Origin: Gammaproteobacteria bacterium
GTDB lineage: Bacteria; Pseudomonadota; Gammaproteobacteria; UBA4575
Assembly: GCA_965222615.1 (NCBI GenBank)
Contig: CBDCUI010000007.1
Span: 640,001-704,000, forward strand
Reading direction: 5' to 3'
DNA: 64,000 bases
Both the position numbers and the translations under genes were made by a program. The notes beneath the pieces were generated by a model. That model did not search any database. It saw only the letters and a program-made list of their open reading frames with translations, and was not told the DNA's origin. How positions within the stretch are numbered: position 1 is the stretch's first letter; each line of letters opens with the position of its first letter. Shown here piece after piece: positions 1 to 13,832 of this stretch.

Positions 1-429
1 CCTAGCCGCAAGACCGATTTTGTCATTATCGATGCTCCAGCGGGCTTGCATGGTGGGGCATTAAGCAAGATGATCAATAAGGCGCAGACGATCATTATTC
101 CGGTTTTACCGTCGCCTATAGATATGCGTGCAGCGGCTGATTTTATTGCCGAGATCAAAAAAAACTCATCTGTGCAACGCAAAAAAGCCAAACTTGCATT
201 AATTGCCAATCGATCACGTGACTTTACTAATATTTATTGGGAGCTGGATGACTTTTTAAGTAAGCAACGCATTCCATTTTTAACCATGCTACGCGATAGT
301 CAACATTACATACGTGGTGCTGAACGAGGCATGGGGATTTTCGAAATGGCACCTGCGGCTACCGATTTAGACCGTGAACAATGGCAGCCCATCGTAAAGT
401 GGGTGAAAAGTAAACGTAGCCAACCGTAA
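1..429 (+). CDS. ParA family ATPase (5' truncated by window edge)
   Basis: Frame open from base 1 (PSRKTDFVIIDAPAGLHG...). Walker-B-like IIDAP, IIIPVLPSPIDMRA and LRDSQHY..AERGMGIFE are typical of short ParA-like proteins. Confidence 0.85.
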   Translation, partial: PSRKTDFVIIDAPAGLHGGALSKMINKAQTIIIPVLPSPIDMRAAADFIAEIKKNSSVQRKKAKLALIANRSRDFTNIYWELDDFLSKQRIPFLTMLRDSQHYIRGAERGMGIFEMAPAATDLDREQWQPIVKWVKSKRSQP

Positions 430-489
430 GATTTATTCTCTGACAAAATACTTGTCGCACTTTTTGTGTAGTCATATCAGTGAGTATTT

Positions 490-1038
490 ATGGTGAATAA
501 AATTAATTGGGTTCGACTCAGTGCTGAAGCAATAGTTTTTTTTATACTTTGTATGTTGTCGTTTTTTATTAACAACAAGCTTTTTGCAAACCCAAATACG
601 GAGCCTATGGGTAAAGCGGATTATGTAATAGTAAAAAAGGCTGAACGAAAACTATATCTTTACCAAGGTCGCGAGGTTTTAAAGACATATAGAATTGTTT
701 TAGGCAAACAACCTGATGGACATAAAGAACGTTCAGGAGACTCACGCACCCCTGAAGGTGTGTATACATTAGATTGGCGCAATCCAAATAGTAAATTTTT
801 TCGCTCTATACATATTTCCTATCCGAATATCAGTGATCGCCGCGATGCACGTGAGCGAGGTAATTCACCAGGTGGTGCCATTATGATTCATGGGCAGCCT
901 AATAGCTGGGTTGAAAAGACCAGATTATTATTTCACGAAGATGATTGGACCGAAGGCTGCATCGCGGTGCAAAACCATGAAATGCTAGAGATATGGAATG
1001 CCGTTGAAGATGGCACACCGATAGAAATTATTCCGTAA
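490..1038 (+). CDS. L,D-transpeptidase (YkuD family)
   Basis: GDSRTPEG, IHISYPN, IMIHG and catalytic WTEGCIAV motifs; N-terminal hydrophobic anchor. Confidence 0.9.
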   Translation: MVNKINWVRLSAEAIVFFILCMLSFFINNKLFANPNTEPMGKADYVIVKKAERKLYLYQGREVLKTYRIVLGKQPDGHKERSGDSRTPEGVYTLDWRNPNSKFFRSIHISYPNISDRRDARERGNSPGGAIMIHGQPNSWVEKTRLLFHEDDWTEGCIAVQNHEMLEIWNAVEDGTPIEIIP

Positions 1039-1044
1039 AGCTAG

Positions 1045-1788
1045 TTACTTATTTGCAAACACCTTTTTGAGCAAATCGGTGGTACGTGCTACTGGGTCAG
1101 TTCTAATTTTAGCTTCTTCTACGGCTAAATAATGAAAAATTCCACCCATACCTTTTTCGACTACATAGCTACTTAGGTCTGCCTTAACGTCAGGCACTAA
1201 AGGAATTTTTTTATATTGTCCCATCGCTTGATCATAGCTTTTAATAGCGCCGGCTTCCGCTAAACTATCGTTGACAATAGGTGTAAAGGCTTTGACTAAA
1301 TCCGGAGTCATTTTGGATTGAAAATAACGCGTAGCGGCATCGTTAGCACCGCCAAGTATATCTCTTGCATCCTCTAGAGTCATAGCGGAAATGGCATTGA
1401 AGAAAAGCTCTTTGGCTTTAGGTGTGGCAATCTCCGCGGCACGATTTAATCTGGTTTCTAAATCATCAAGCATACTACTCATGCCAATCTTATCTAAAGT
1501 AGATTGCACTTTTTCTAAATTTTTTGGTAAAGGGATATGAATAGTTGGATCGGCATTAAACCCATCCTTAATACCGAGTTGATTAACTACTAAATCGGAA
1601 CCGATACGTAAGGCTTCTTTTAAACCTAAAACAATTTCACCATCGGTCAAATTACTTACTGTGTTAGAGGTCACCCCAGACTCGTTCAATAAATCTTTGG
1701 CTTTGTCCAACCATCCTGCATGTACAGAAGTTACCAAATAGAAGCCAGTTACTAAGAACAGAGTAACCATTAACAACTTGAATTTCAT
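1045..1788 (-). CDS. DUF4197 family exported protein
   Basis: Signal peptide; GLKEAL, IHIPLP, LNRAAE, AATRYF, EEAKIRTDP.ARTTDLLKKVF signature. Confidence 0.85.
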   Translation of the reverse strand: MKFKLLMVTLFLVTGFYLVTSVHAGWLDKAKDLLNESGVTSNTVSNLTDGEIVLGLKEALRIGSDLVVNQLGIKDGFNADPTIHIPLPKNLEKVQSTLDKIGMSSMLDDLETRLNRAAEIATPKAKELFFNAISAMTLEDARDILGGANDAATRYFQSKMTPDLVKAFTPIVNDSLAEAGAIKSYDQAMGQYKKIPLVPDVKADLSSYVVEKGMGGIFHYLAVEEAKIRTDPVARTTDLLKKVFANK

Positions 1789-1812
1789 GGTGATTCCCAG
1801 TTAATAATCTTA

Positions 1813-3195
1813 TTATTTTATATTCTGACTTTCGGCGACTCGGTTTGTTCCAAATAATTTTTCATTGTTTGCGTAAAAGTAAATGGCAAGCAGTATTGCC
1901 GGTATGCCAAGTAATCCCGCGTAAATAAAGAAGTGTATATAGCCATAGCTATCTACAATTTTGCCGGAAAATCCACCAATAAATTTAGCGGGCAATAACA
2001 TCAAAGAACTGAATAGCGCATATTGTGTTGCAGTATAAGCACGATTCGTCAGGCTAGATAAATAGGCGATAAAAGTTGAACCGGCAATCCCGCCACTTAA
2101 GTTATCTGCAGTAATCACTATGGCGAGTAACACTATTTCAGGTCCTTGGGTGGAAAGCCAAGCAAAGACTAAATTAGTCAACACAACCAATAGCGCAGAT
2201 ATAATTAACATGCGCATGATCCCATAACGCATTACCAATACCCCACCGAACAGAGCTCCGATAATGGTAACGATTATTCCAAAAGTTTTTGAAACCCAAC
2301 CAATTTGTGTATCGGTGAAGCCCATATCTACATAAAGTGGGCCCGCCATGATGCCCATGGTAATGTCGCTGATGCGAAATAAACCAATGAACAACAAAAT
2401 AATCAGTGCAATCGATCCATTGCGTGCAAAGAAATCGGTAAATGGGCATATCACTGCACCAATAAACCAAGCCATAATGGCTTGCAAGCGTTTTGGAAGG
2501 TGTGAAGAACCTTCAAGAAAATCTACTACACGTTGTTCTTGTGCCCAGGTTTGTTGCGTTATTTTTCGTTCCGGTTCGGAAATGAGTAAGGTTGTTAATA
2601 TGCCGATAAACATGGCGAGACCCATAAATAAGTACGCATCGTTCCATGATGTACTTCCGGCAATAATAGTTGCGCCACCACCAGCTAAAATAAGTCCAAG
2701 GCGATAACCGAGTTGATAAGTTCCCGCCATGGCACCTTGTAAGTCTATCGACACTGACTCAATGCGCCAGGCATCAATGCTGATATCTTGCGTTGCCGAG
2801 GCGAAGGCGACCAATAATGCGAATAAAACCAAGGAGTTTAATTGCGCGCTGGGATATTGATTTGCCATCAAAAATAAACCTGCAATGACACCAGTTTGTG
2901 CAAGTAGCATCCAACTGCGGCGATGTCCAAAATGATTAGTTAATAATGGAATAGGTAAACGGTCTACGAGCGGTGCCCATAAAAACTTTAATCCATACAG
3001 TAGCGCAACCCAGGAAACAAAGCCGATGGTACTACGATCAACCCCTTCTCTTCTTAACCATAAAGACAAGGTTCCAAATACCAATAGCAAGGGTAAGCCG
3101 GCAGAAAAACCCAGGAACAACATGGCAATGACTTTGGGTTTGAGGTAAACACCAAAGGATTGCCGCCAAGAAACTTTTTCAGCTTGTGAAGTCAA
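1813..3195 (-). CDS. ampG: AmpG family muropeptide MFS transporter
   Basis: LGFSAGLP, KFLWAPLVD, RRSW, SATQDISIDAWRIE, YTATQYAL motifs; many TM helices. Confidence 0.92.
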   Translation of the reverse strand: MTSQAEKVSWRQSFGVYLKPKVIAMLFLGFSAGLPLLLVFGTLSLWLRREGVDRSTIGFVSWVALLYGLKFLWAPLVDRLPIPLLTNHFGHRRSWMLLAQTGVIAGLFLMANQYPSAQLNSLVLFALLVAFASATQDISIDAWRIESVSIDLQGAMAGTYQLGYRLGLILAGGGATIIAGSTSWNDAYLFMGLAMFIGILTTLLISEPERKITQQTWAQEQRVVDFLEGSSHLPKRLQAIMAWFIGAVICPFTDFFARNGSIALIILLFIGLFRISDITMGIMAGPLYVDMGFTDTQIGWVSKTFGIIVTIIGALFGGVLVMRYGIMRMLIISALLVVLTNLVFAWLSTQGPEIVLLAIVITADNLSGGIAGSTFIAYLSSLTNRAYTATQYALFSSLMLLPAKFIGGFSGKIVDSYGYIHFFIYAGLLGIPAILLAIYFYANNEKLFGTNRVAESQNIK

Positions 3196-3968
3196 ATTGT
3201 TAATTGGTAGTCAATTGTCAAAGGTGCATGATCTGAAAAACGTTCTTCTTTGTAGATCGCCACACGTTTTGCTGTATTTCTAAGATTTGGAGTAGCGATG
3301 TGGTAATCAATACGCCAACCCACATTTTTGGCCCAAGCTTGACCACGGTTCGACCACCAGGTGTATTGATTTTCTTGTTGATTGATTTCACGAAACACAT
3401 CGATATAGCCTATGTCGTTAAACAGCGTATCCAGCCATGCGCGTTCTTCGGGCAAAAAACCAGAATTTTTTTGATTGCCTCGCCAGTTTTTTAAATCTAT
3501 ATTTTTATGCGCGATATTCCAGTCACCACAAATGAGATAATCTTTACGGCGGCGTTTTAAGTTTTTCAAATGTTGCATAAAACTATCCATGAAACGAAAC
3601 TTGGCCTGTTGGCGTTGATCGCTGGATGAGCCTGATGGGGCATAAAGGGATACTACTGCTAAATCATCGAACTGTAATTCAAGATAACGGCCCTCCTTGT
3701 CAAACTCGGCATCCCCGTATTGTTGAATAATTTTAACTGGCTTGTGTTTACTGAATACCGCTACACCGCTATAGCCTTTTTTTTCTGCGTCTACGTAATA
3801 ATGCTGATAGCCGGCAGGGAAAAACACTGGATCTTTTTCTAGTTGATGTATTTGAGCTTTGGTTTCTTGTACGCAAACCACATCCGCTTTTTGTTTAGCC
3901 AGCCAAGTAAAAAAGCCTTTGCGTGCAGCCGCACGTATGCCATTGACATTGATGGTAATGACTCGCAT
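3192..3968 (-). CDS. xth: Exodeoxyribonuclease III (Xth/ExoA family)
   Basis: NVNGIRA, QETK, GYSGVA, GDWNIAH, GWRIDY and SDHAP catalytic motifs; divergent from pyrE. Confidence 0.92.
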   Translation of the reverse strand: MRVITINVNGIRAAARKGFFTWLAKQKADVVCVQETKAQIHQLEKDPVFFPAGYQHYYVDAEKKGYSGVAVFSKHKPVKIIQQYGDAEFDKEGRYLELQFDDLAVVSLYAPSGSSSDQRQQAKFRFMDSFMQHLKNLKRRRKDYLICGDWNIAHKNIDLKNWRGNQKNSGFLPEERAWLDTLFNDIGYIDVFREINQQENQYTWWSNRGQAWAKNVGWRIDYHIATPNLRNTAKRVAIYKEERFSDHAPLTIDYQLTI

Positions 3969-4059
3969 AGATTTCTAATTAGTTCATTGAGATATACTTT
4001 TTAGTACACTAGCGAGTGCAGCAGCATTTATCAAAGATATTGGAAACATTTGTATTCAC

Positions 4060-4704
4060 ATGAAAAATAGCTCGAAGTTTATACAATTTGCCATTGAGCT
4101 TGGAGTATTGCAGTTTGGTGAGTTCACGCTTAAATCAGGGCGTATTAGCCCGTATTTTTTTAATGCAGGCTTGTTTAGTAGTGGTCATGCGCTAGAAGTA
4201 TTAAGTAATTTTTATGCGCAGGCAATTGTAGATGCAAAAATAGAATTTGATATGTTGTTTGGACCAGCCTACAAGGGTATTCCACTGGTTGCAGCTACTG
4301 CGATGACTTTGGCAAGAGAATATAATATCGATATGCCCTATGCCTTTAATCGTAAAGAAGCTAAGCAATATGGAGATGGCGGCAGTACGGTCGGCGCACC
4401 ATTAGCTGGCCGAGTACTGATTATTGATGATGTCATCACTGCCGGTACGGCCATCCATGAGGCGGTAACGATTATTCGTAATGCAGAGGCCGAACCGGTA
4501 GGGGTGACGATAGCTTTTGATCGTCAAGAAAGAGGTAGCACTAGTACTAGCTCTGCGGTAAGCAGTGTCGAGCAAAAGTACGCTATTCAAGTCATCTCGG
4601 TAGCCAAAGCAGATGAGCTAATTCAGTATGCGGAATCCAAGCAGTTATATGAACAGGAGTTAAAAAATTTAAAGGCGTATCTAGCTGAGTATAAAGCTCT
4701 ATAA
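4060..4704 (+). CDS. pyrE: Orotate phosphoribosyltransferase
   Basis: [44 protein letters not shown]. Confidence 0.97.
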   Translation: MKNSSKFIQFAIELGVLQFGEFTLKSGRISPYFFNAGLFSSGHALEVLSNFYAQAIVDAKIEFDMLFGPAYKGIPLVAATAMTLAREYNIDMPYAFNRKEAKQYGDGGSTVGAPLAGRVLIIDDVITAGTAIHEAVTIIRNAEAEPVGVTIAFDRQERGSTSTSSAVSSVEQKYAIQVISVAKADELIQYAESKQLYEQELKNLKAYLAEYKAL

Positions 4705-4870
4705 TATTGATTATAAAAAGATTATTGTTATGAATGGCCTTAGGACCTAACCATTTGCAGTAATCAGTATATGACGAGCGCACTTAGTTTGGCGATTAAA
4801 ATATCCCAGTGTGCTCAAAGTTATTAATAATTGGTAGTAAAATTATTTGTTGAGAATTTGGTATCGAAAT

Positions 4871-7748
<2,878 letters not shown>

Positions 7749-7765
7749 ATCTGTTTAAGAAAAAG

Positions 7766-8239
7766 TTAAACCGTACCGGTGTGGCCAAAGCCACCAGCAC
7801 CACGGTCTGTTGCGGTAAATTCTTTTACAATTTCAAATTCAGTTTGAATAATCGGAACCAGTACTAATTGTGCGATACGATCACCCACGTTTACTTGATA
7901 TTCCTTATTACTACGATTCCAAAGTGATACCATCAACGGTCCTTGGTAATCAGAATCAATTAGACCAACCAAATTACCTAACACGATGCCATGTTTATGG
8001 CCTAAACCAGAACGCGGCAAAATAGTGGCAGCTAAACCAGAGTCTTGAATATAGATGGAAATCCCTGTAGGGATTAATACGGTTTCACCAGGGGCGATTT
8101 GTAACGGTTCTTCTACACAGGCGCGCAAATCCATTCCTGCTGAACCTGCTGTTGCATAGGTAGGGAGAGGAATTTCTTTGCCAATTCGGCTATCTAGGAT
8201 TTTGACTTCTGTCTTTGATATTTTTAAGGATTGTGACAT
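7766..8239 (-). CDS. dut: dUTP diphosphatase
   Basis: [33 protein letters not shown]. Start uncertain (8239 or 8263); overlaps the coaBC 3' end. Confidence 0.96.
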   Translation of the reverse strand: MSQSLKISKTEVKILDSRIGKEIPLPTYATAGSAGMDLRACVEEPLQIAPGETVLIPTGISIYIQDSGLAATILPRSGLGHKHGIVLGNLVGLIDSDYQGPLMVSLWNRSNKEYQVNVGDRIAQLVLVPIIQTEFEIVKEFTATDRGAGGFGHTGTV

Positions 8240-9449
8240 TGCTTCTTTTTTGTGTGCTGGCATAACGCTCAGCGACTAGAGTTATTAATTTGCGTGCGAT
8301 TTTAGTTTTTTTATCACGCTCAAGCGAGCAATGTCCACCTGACCAATAAACTTCAAGCGCATTTTCTTCACTGTCAAACCCAACAAGCGGGTCGGCTACA
8401 TTGTTGCCAGCGATCATGTCGAGTCGTTTGTTGTTTAATTTTTGTAAGGCGTACTTCTCCAGCTCTCGTGTTTCGGCAGCAAAACCGACTACATAAGGCT
8501 TATTTTTACGTTTGGTTACTTCGGCAACGATATCAGGATTTCGTACTAAAGTAAGCGATAAGTCGCTATGTAGTTTCTTGATTTTCTCTGTTTGTTTGGC
8601 TACTGGGCGATAGTCGGCAACTGCTGCACAACTGATAAAGATCTGTTGTTCTTCAATATGTTGCTCTACAGCACTTAACATTTCCAATGCAGTGGTGACA
8701 CTAATAGATTGGACATCCTCCGGTGTTTGCAAAGTAACCGGTCCAGCAATCAACTGTACCTTGGCGCCTGCATCACGTGCGGCCTCGGCTAGCGCAAAAC
8801 CCATACGACCCGAGCTGCGATTGCTTATATAGCGTACCGGATCGATCGACTCACGTGTTGGTCCCGCAGTGATCAATACGTTTAATCCGGTTAATTCTCC
8901 AGTGCTGAATAAATTAGATAAAGAAAGTAATAATTGTCCGGGTTCAAACATGCGGCCTTCACCGACATCTCCACAAGCTTGTTTTCCCGTACCCGGCCCA
9001 AATATCATCACGCCACGTTTTTCTAAGGTCTCACAGTTATCTTGAGTTGCCGTATTTGTCCACATTGCTTGATTCATAGCCGGCGCGATTGCGATAGGTG
9101 CTGTTGTGGCTAAACAAACCGTGCTGAGTAAATCATCTGCGCGACCGTGGGCAAGTTTCGCTATGGTATTGGCACTGGCAGGGGCTATTAACACCGCATC
9201 TGCCCAGCGGCCCAATGCGATATGATCCATCCCATTGTTAGCTTGGGTAGCAGAAAATTCATCACTTGCTACGGGGTTTCCTGATAATGCTTGAAAGGTA
9301 AGCGGAGTAATAAATTCATGTGCAGAACGTGTCATGACGACACGTACGCGACTGCCGGCCTTAGTTAGCTCTCGTACTAACTCGGCACTTTTATAAGCAG
9401 CGATACCACCGGTAATTCCTAGTAATATATTTTTGTTGGCTAATGACAT
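8190..9449 (-). CDS. coaBC: Bifunctional PPC decarboxylase/PPC synthetase
   Basis: [53 protein letters not shown]. Confidence 0.97.
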   Translation of the reverse strand: MSLANKNILLGITGGIAAYKSAELVRELTKAGSRVRVVMTRSAHEFITPLTFQALSGNPVASDEFSATQANNGMDHIALGRWADAVLIAPASANTIAKLAHGRADDLLSTVCLATTAPIAIAPAMNQAMWTNTATQDNCETLEKRGVMIFGPGTGKQACGDVGEGRMFEPGQLLLSLSNLFSTGELTGLNVLITAGPTRESIDPVRYISNRSSGRMGFALAEAARDAGAKVQLIAGPVTLQTPEDVQSISVTTALEMLSAVEQHIEEQQIFISCAAVADYRPVAKQTEKIKKLHSDLSLTLVRNPDIVAEVTKRKNKPYVVGFAAETRELEKYALQKLNNKRLDMIAGNNVADPLVGFDSEENALEVYWSGGHCSLERDKKTKIARKLITLVAERYASTQKRSNVTILKNIKDRSQNPR

Positions 9450-9580
9450 GGGCTCAAGTCTAGCAAATTCCAGTCTGCTAGTGGTTAAATTTCAACCACA
9501 TTTTACCAACCATAATATAGCCTTTGGTCCTAAGTACGTTAGACTATTTCAAGCCAATACATAAACCTCGGTAAAAATAA

Positions 9581-10252
9581 ATGGCGATATCAGACTGGCC
9601 TGCATCAGAGCGACCGCGGGACCGACTACTTCAAAGTGGAGCCAGCTCTTTGTCTGATGCAGAGCTGCTGGCAATCTTTTTACGCACTGGTGTTAAAGGC
9701 AAATCGGCAGTTGATTTGGCACGTGAATTATTGAATGAATTTGGTGGTTTACGCCAATTGCTATGTGCAGATGTGAGTTCATTTTGTCAGGCTAAGGGCC
9801 TAGGGCAAGCAAAATATGTGCAACTACAAGCTTGTCTAGAGATGTCACGTAGGTTTTTACAGGAATCTTTAGACCGCGAAGGTCCTCTCACCAATCCTGA
9901 TGATGCTAAGCAATTTTTGTTGTTACAGATGCGAGATTACAGCAAAGAAGTTTTTGCTTGCTTATATCTGGATACAAAAAACCGTGTTATCCAATTTGAA
10001 CAGCTATTTACCGGTACGTTATATAGTGCAGAAGTTCACCCGCGTGAAGTGGTAAAGCGTGCACTTGAAAAAAATGCGCATGCAATTATTTTTGCACATA
10101 ATCACCCTTCTGGTGATGCAAACCCTAGTCAAGTCGATATCGACTTAACCAAAACTTTAACTGAAGCTCTGCAATTAATCGACGTAAAGGTTTTAGATCA
10201 TTTAATTGTTGGAGATACTGTACAGTCGCTGGCAGAACTTGGCTACCTATAA
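9581..10252 (+). CDS. radC: RadC-like JAB/MPN domain protein
   Basis: ERPR..L...[12 protein letters not shown]; HNHPSGD.NPSQVD; LDH; divergent from coaBC. Confidence 0.95.
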   Translation: MAISDWPASERPRDRLLQSGASSLSDAELLAIFLRTGVKGKSAVDLARELLNEFGGLRQLLCADVSSFCQAKGLGQAKYVQLQACLEMSRRFLQESLDREGPLTNPDDAKQFLLLQMRDYSKEVFACLYLDTKNRVIQFEQLFTGTLYSAEVHPREVVKRALEKNAHAIIFAHNHPSGDANPSQVDIDLTKTLTEALQLIDVKVLDHLIVGDTVQSLAELGYL

Positions 10253-10321
10253 GCTACTCAAAATGCATCTAGTTCACTGATATTTCGTTGTGAGCTAGCT
10301 ACTGCTTTTGAATAGCCCATA
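10248..10321. repeat. Short palindromic MITE-like element (family A)
   Basis: Imperfect terminal inverted repeats GCTACTCAAAA/TTTTGAATAGC and an inner stem CTAGTTCAC/GTGAGCTAG. The left end recurs at about 15051-15089. Confidence 0.55.
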
Positions 10322-10372
10322 GATATCAAGTAGTGAAGTGATCAGTATTTATTGTTTAAGTAAAAATAATAC

Positions 10373-10783
10373 TTATTTTTTTAGGCTATCGCGAATTTCG
10401 CGTAGTAATACGATATCTTCTGGTGGTTTAGCAGGGGCCTCTTCTTCTTTTCTTTTCATGCTATTGATTGCTTTGATAATTAAAAAAATCACAAAGGCGA
10501 TGATTAAGAAATTTATAAATGCTTGTATGAATGCGCCATAGCCAAACACTGGTGCCCCAGCTTCTTTGGCTGCAGCTAATGTCGAATAGTCACCTTCACC
10601 CAGATTTATAAATAGGTTGCTAAAGTCAATTCCGCCAGTAAATAAACCTATGATGGGCATTAACAAGTCATCAACCATAGAGCCTACAACTGCCGATACT
10701 GCAGCACCAATAATGATACCCGTAGCCATGTCCATCATGTTTCCTTTAAGGGCAAATTCTTTAAATTCACTGATCATACTCAT
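10373..10783 (-). CDS. mscL: Large-conductance mechanosensitive channel
   Basis: [22 protein letters not shown]; YGAFI...INFLIIAF; LLREIRDSL. Confidence 0.96.
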   Translation of the reverse strand: MSMISEFKEFALKGNMMDMATGIIIGAAVSAVVGSMVDDLLMPIIGLFTGGIDFSNLFINLGEGDYSTLAAAKEAGAPVFGYGAFIQAFINFLIIAFVIFLIIKAINSMKRKEEEAPAKPPEDIVLLREIRDSLKK

Positions 10784-10860
10784 TACTTATTGTCCTCCTC
10801 TATCAAGTAGTTATTAATGTTCATTAAAACCTTATGCAAGTAAGTGATATCAGATTGCCA

Positions 10861-12012
10861 CTACTTACAATATTTATTCATTGTTTGATTCAGTGCAGCG
10901 ACTAAGCGCTCTACATGGGCCTCATTGTGAGTTGCTGAAAAACTAATGCGCAAACGCGCGGTACCTTCCTTTACTGTTGGAGGACGTATTGCCGAAACCA
11001 AAATTCCTTTAGCAAGCAAAGCTTCACTTACCTTAATGGCAAGTTCGGCTGTACCAATAATAATGGGCTGTATGGGCGTAGATGAAGCACTTAAAGCAAT
11101 ACTAGATTGCTCACACAGTTCTCTAAAGTGTTTGACTAATGTTACTAATTTCTCTCGACGCCAAGACTCATTATATATAAGTTGTAAGCTTACACGCGTG
11201 GCCTCGGCCAAAGATGGCGGAAGTGCTGTGGTGTAGATATAAGTTCGAGCACGTTGGATCAACCATTCAACAGTATCTTGATTTGCTGCCACAAAGGCAC
11301 CGAAGGTACCAAACGCTTTACCTAAAGTCCCAATTAAAATGGTCTCCGGTTTCAATAAGCCTTCCGTACAGCCTTTACCTTTATCGCCCAGTACACCAAT
11401 ACCGTGGGCATCATCTATCACAAGCGTTGCATCGTACTGCTTTGAGACGGATTGTAATTTATTTACCGGGGCTACGGTGCCATCCATACTAAATACACCA
11501 TCGCTTAAAATTAACTTTGGCTTATTTTTTGCAGCCAATATTTTTTTATCGAGTTCATCGATATGCAAATGTTTGTAGCGAAACACACGTGCTCGTGAAA
11601 GAACCCCAGCATCTATCAAAGATGCATGGTTTAAGCGGTCTTGAAAGATAACAGTATTTCGGTCAGCAAGTGCGTTTACCACACCAAGATTAGCCATGTA
11701 CCCAGTTGAAAAAAGCAATGTCTTTTCACAGCCAATAAAATCTGCTAACTCTTCTTCTAATAAGTAATGACTATGATGATGACCGGTAATCAAGTGAGAT
11801 GCACCGGAACCAACACCATAGTTATTTGCACCCTTGATTAGTGCTGCAATTATTTTTGGGTGATTGGCTAGTCCAAGGTAGTCGTTACTACAAAAAGATA
11901 AAACTTTTTGTCCGTTTATTATTGGTTCGATGTGTTGCGCTTCAGAATTAATATTACGCAAACGAAACAAATGTTCCTTTCGCAATTTATCTAGCTTGAA
12001 TGCTAGATCCAT
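10861..12012 (-). CDS. bioF: 8-amino-7-oxononanoate synthase
   Basis: FCSNDYLGLA, GSGASHL, NHASLIDA, DDAHG, GTLGKAFG, AIRPPTV. Confidence 0.96.
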   Translation of the reverse strand: MDLAFKLDKLRKEHLFRLRNINSEAQHIEPIINGQKVLSFCSNDYLGLANHPKIIAALIKGANNYGVGSGASHLITGHHHSHYLLEEELADFIGCEKTLLFSTGYMANLGVVNALADRNTVIFQDRLNHASLIDAGVLSRARVFRYKHLHIDELDKKILAAKNKPKLILSDGVFSMDGTVAPVNKLQSVSKQYDATLVIDDAHGIGVLGDKGKGCTEGLLKPETILIGTLGKAFGTFGAFVAANQDTVEWLIQRARTYIYTTALPPSLAEATRVSLQLIYNESWRREKLVTLVKHFRELCEQSSIALSASSTPIQPIIIGTAELAIKVSEALLAKGILVSAIRPPTVKEGTARLRISFSATHNEAHVERLVAALNQTMNKYCK

Positions 12013-12034
12013 AATTGAAATAGATAGTTAAGAA

Positions 12035-13018
12035 TTAATTAACGCGAACAGATTGCTCTGTTGCAAGCTGGTCTGCTTGAATACCAAGCTTATTAAACAA
12101 ATTTTTGTCTTTATTCATGGCAGGATTTTTGGTTGTTAGTAAGGTCTCTCCATAGAAAATAGAATTTGCTCCTGCAAAAAAGCATAAGGCTTGAGTTTGA
12201 TCATTCATCGCTTCACGCCCTGCCGATAAACGCACATAGGATGCAGGCATCATTATTCTTGCCACGGCAATAGTGCGGATAAACTCAAATGGATCAAGTT
12301 CATTCAACCCATATAATGGTGTACCCTTGATTTGCACCAACATATTAATCGGTACCGACTCAGGATGTTTAGGTAAACACGCAAGCTGTTGTAATAAACC
12401 GGCTCGGTCGTTACGTGATTCACCCATACCGAGTATCCCACCACAACAGACATTAATACCTGCCTCACGTACATACTCTAAAGTTTCAAGTCGGTCTTCA
12501 TAAGTACGTGTGGTAATTACACTGCCGTAGAATTCTGGCGAAGTGTCAAGATTGTGGTTGTAGTAATCTAGTCCAGCTTGTTTGAGTCGTTGCGCTTGAG
12601 GTTGGGTAAGCATACCTAGGGTAACACAGGTTTCTAGACCAATCTGTTTAACTGCCTCGACCATATCAATTACGTGTTGTAGATTTTTATCGCTAGGATT
12701 ACGCCAGGCCGCGCCCATACAAAATCTGGATGCACCATTGGCCTTGGCAGCTAAGGCACTTGCTTTAACTTCAGTAAGTGATAATAAACGCTCAGGCTCA
12801 ATATCGGTGTCATAATGACCGCTTTGAGGGCAGTAGGCGCAATCTTCAGAACAAGACCCGGTTTTAATAGATAATAATGTGCTTATTTGCACTTTGTTGG
12901 GGTCATGGTGTGTTCGAAATACCGAATGCGCTTGAAACAAAAGATCGTTAAATGGCAAATTATAAAGCTGTTGTACTTCTTGTAGTTGCCAATCATGCCG
13001 AAGCGGTACTTTTTGCAT
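12035..13018 (-). CDS. bioB: Biotin synthase
   Basis: Radical [33 protein letters not shown]. Confidence 0.98.
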   Translation of the reverse strand: MQKVPLRHDWQLQEVQQLYNLPFNDLLFQAHSVFRTHHDPNKVQISTLLSIKTGSCSEDCAYCPQSGHYDTDIEPERLLSLTEVKASALAAKANGASRFCMGAAWRNPSDKNLQHVIDMVEAVKQIGLETCVTLGMLTQPQAQRLKQAGLDYYNHNLDTSPEFYGSVITTRTYEDRLETLEYVREAGINVCCGGILGMGESRNDRAGLLQQLACLPKHPESVPINMLVQIKGTPLYGLNELDPFEFIRTIAVARIMMPASYVRLSAGREAMNDQTQALCFFAGANSIFYGETLLTTKNPAMNKDKNLFNKLGIQADQLATEQSVRVN

Positions 13019-13057
13019 AGTATTGAAATAAGAAAAAGTTTATAAGCAGGAAATGCA

Positions 13058-13085
13058 AGTCTAGTCCTTTGTAGGGTACTGTCAA
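13058..13085 (-). promoter_or_regulatory. Sigma70-type promoter of bioB
   Basis: Minus strand TTGACA-N16-TAGACT about 40 nt upstream of the bioB start. Confidence 0.6.
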
Positions 13086-13088
13086 CTT

Positions 13089-13832
13089 ATGCGCGCAACG
13101 ATCCATACAATATTAGGAAAAGCAGGTTCTATTTTGTATCCTCACATTTGTCTTAATTGTGGGGCTGCCGGTGAAGATGGTATCGATTTTTGTTCTCGCT
13201 GTTATCAAAATTTGCCATGGATAGAATTTGCGTGTAAGCGTTGCGCATTACCATTAGCCACTGAAAGTGCATCGATTTGCGGTGCATGCAGTAATCGCAA
13301 AATTTATTTTGATCAGGCGTTTGTACCTTTGTTATTTGACGAATTTGTGCGTGATGCAATTCATCAGTTTAAATTTAACCATAAGTTAAACTATGGCAAG
13401 TTATTAGCCACCCTTCTGCTCCGACAAATTTTGCTACATCAATTAACGCTGCCAGATGTATTGATTCCAGTACCGTTACATCGAAATAGAATTCGCAACA
13501 GGGGGTTTAATCAAGCATTGGAAATTGCTCGAATACTGAATAAGCAAATTGGTAGCACGATTAATAAAAAAAATATTCGTCGCGTAAGGTCTACACATGC
13601 ACAAATGGACTTACCTGCAGCAAAACGGCAGGCAAATGTAAAAAATGCATTTCAATTGCTTACAACAGATTCTAGCCTTAAAGGGAAACACGTTGTGATT
13701 ATTGATGATGTAATGACAACAGGAAGTACAGTAAATGAAGTTGCAAAGTGTTTAAAGAAAGCACAAGCAAGGCAGATAGACGTATGGTGCATTGCACGGG
13801 TGAGCACAGGGAAGACACTTGCGTGTGGGTAG
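13089..13832 (+). CDS. comF: ComF/GntX family protein (double zinc ribbon + PRTase)
   Basis: Four CxxC pairs, PVPLH..R...RGFNQA, IIDDVMTTGST; divergent from bioB. Confidence 0.92.
   Translation: MRATIHTILGKAGSILYPHICLNCGAAGEDGIDFCSRCYQNLPWIEFACKRCALPLATESASICGACSNRKIYFDQAFVPLLFDEFVRDAIHQFKFNHKLNYGKLLATLLLRQILLHQLTLPDVLIPVPLHRNRIRNRGFNQALEIARILNKQIGSTINKKNIRRVRSTHAQMDLPAAKRQANVKNAFQLLTTDSSLKGKHVVIIDDVMTTGSTVNEVAKCLKKAQARQIDVWCIARVSTGKTLACG

Noticed and set aside
8190-8263. coaBC/dut overlap as a programmed frameshift or fusion
   Set aside because: Both genes are complete, and short overlaps at this junction are ordinary translational coupling.
9581-10252. radC as a marker of a mobile or anti-defence island
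   Set aside because: Full-length chromosomal type in its usual position divergent from coaBC, with no mobile genes around it.
13080-13110. BirA operator at bioB/comF
   Set aside because: Only one half-site (TGTCAAC, coinciding with the -35) is good; the partner half is too degenerate to call.
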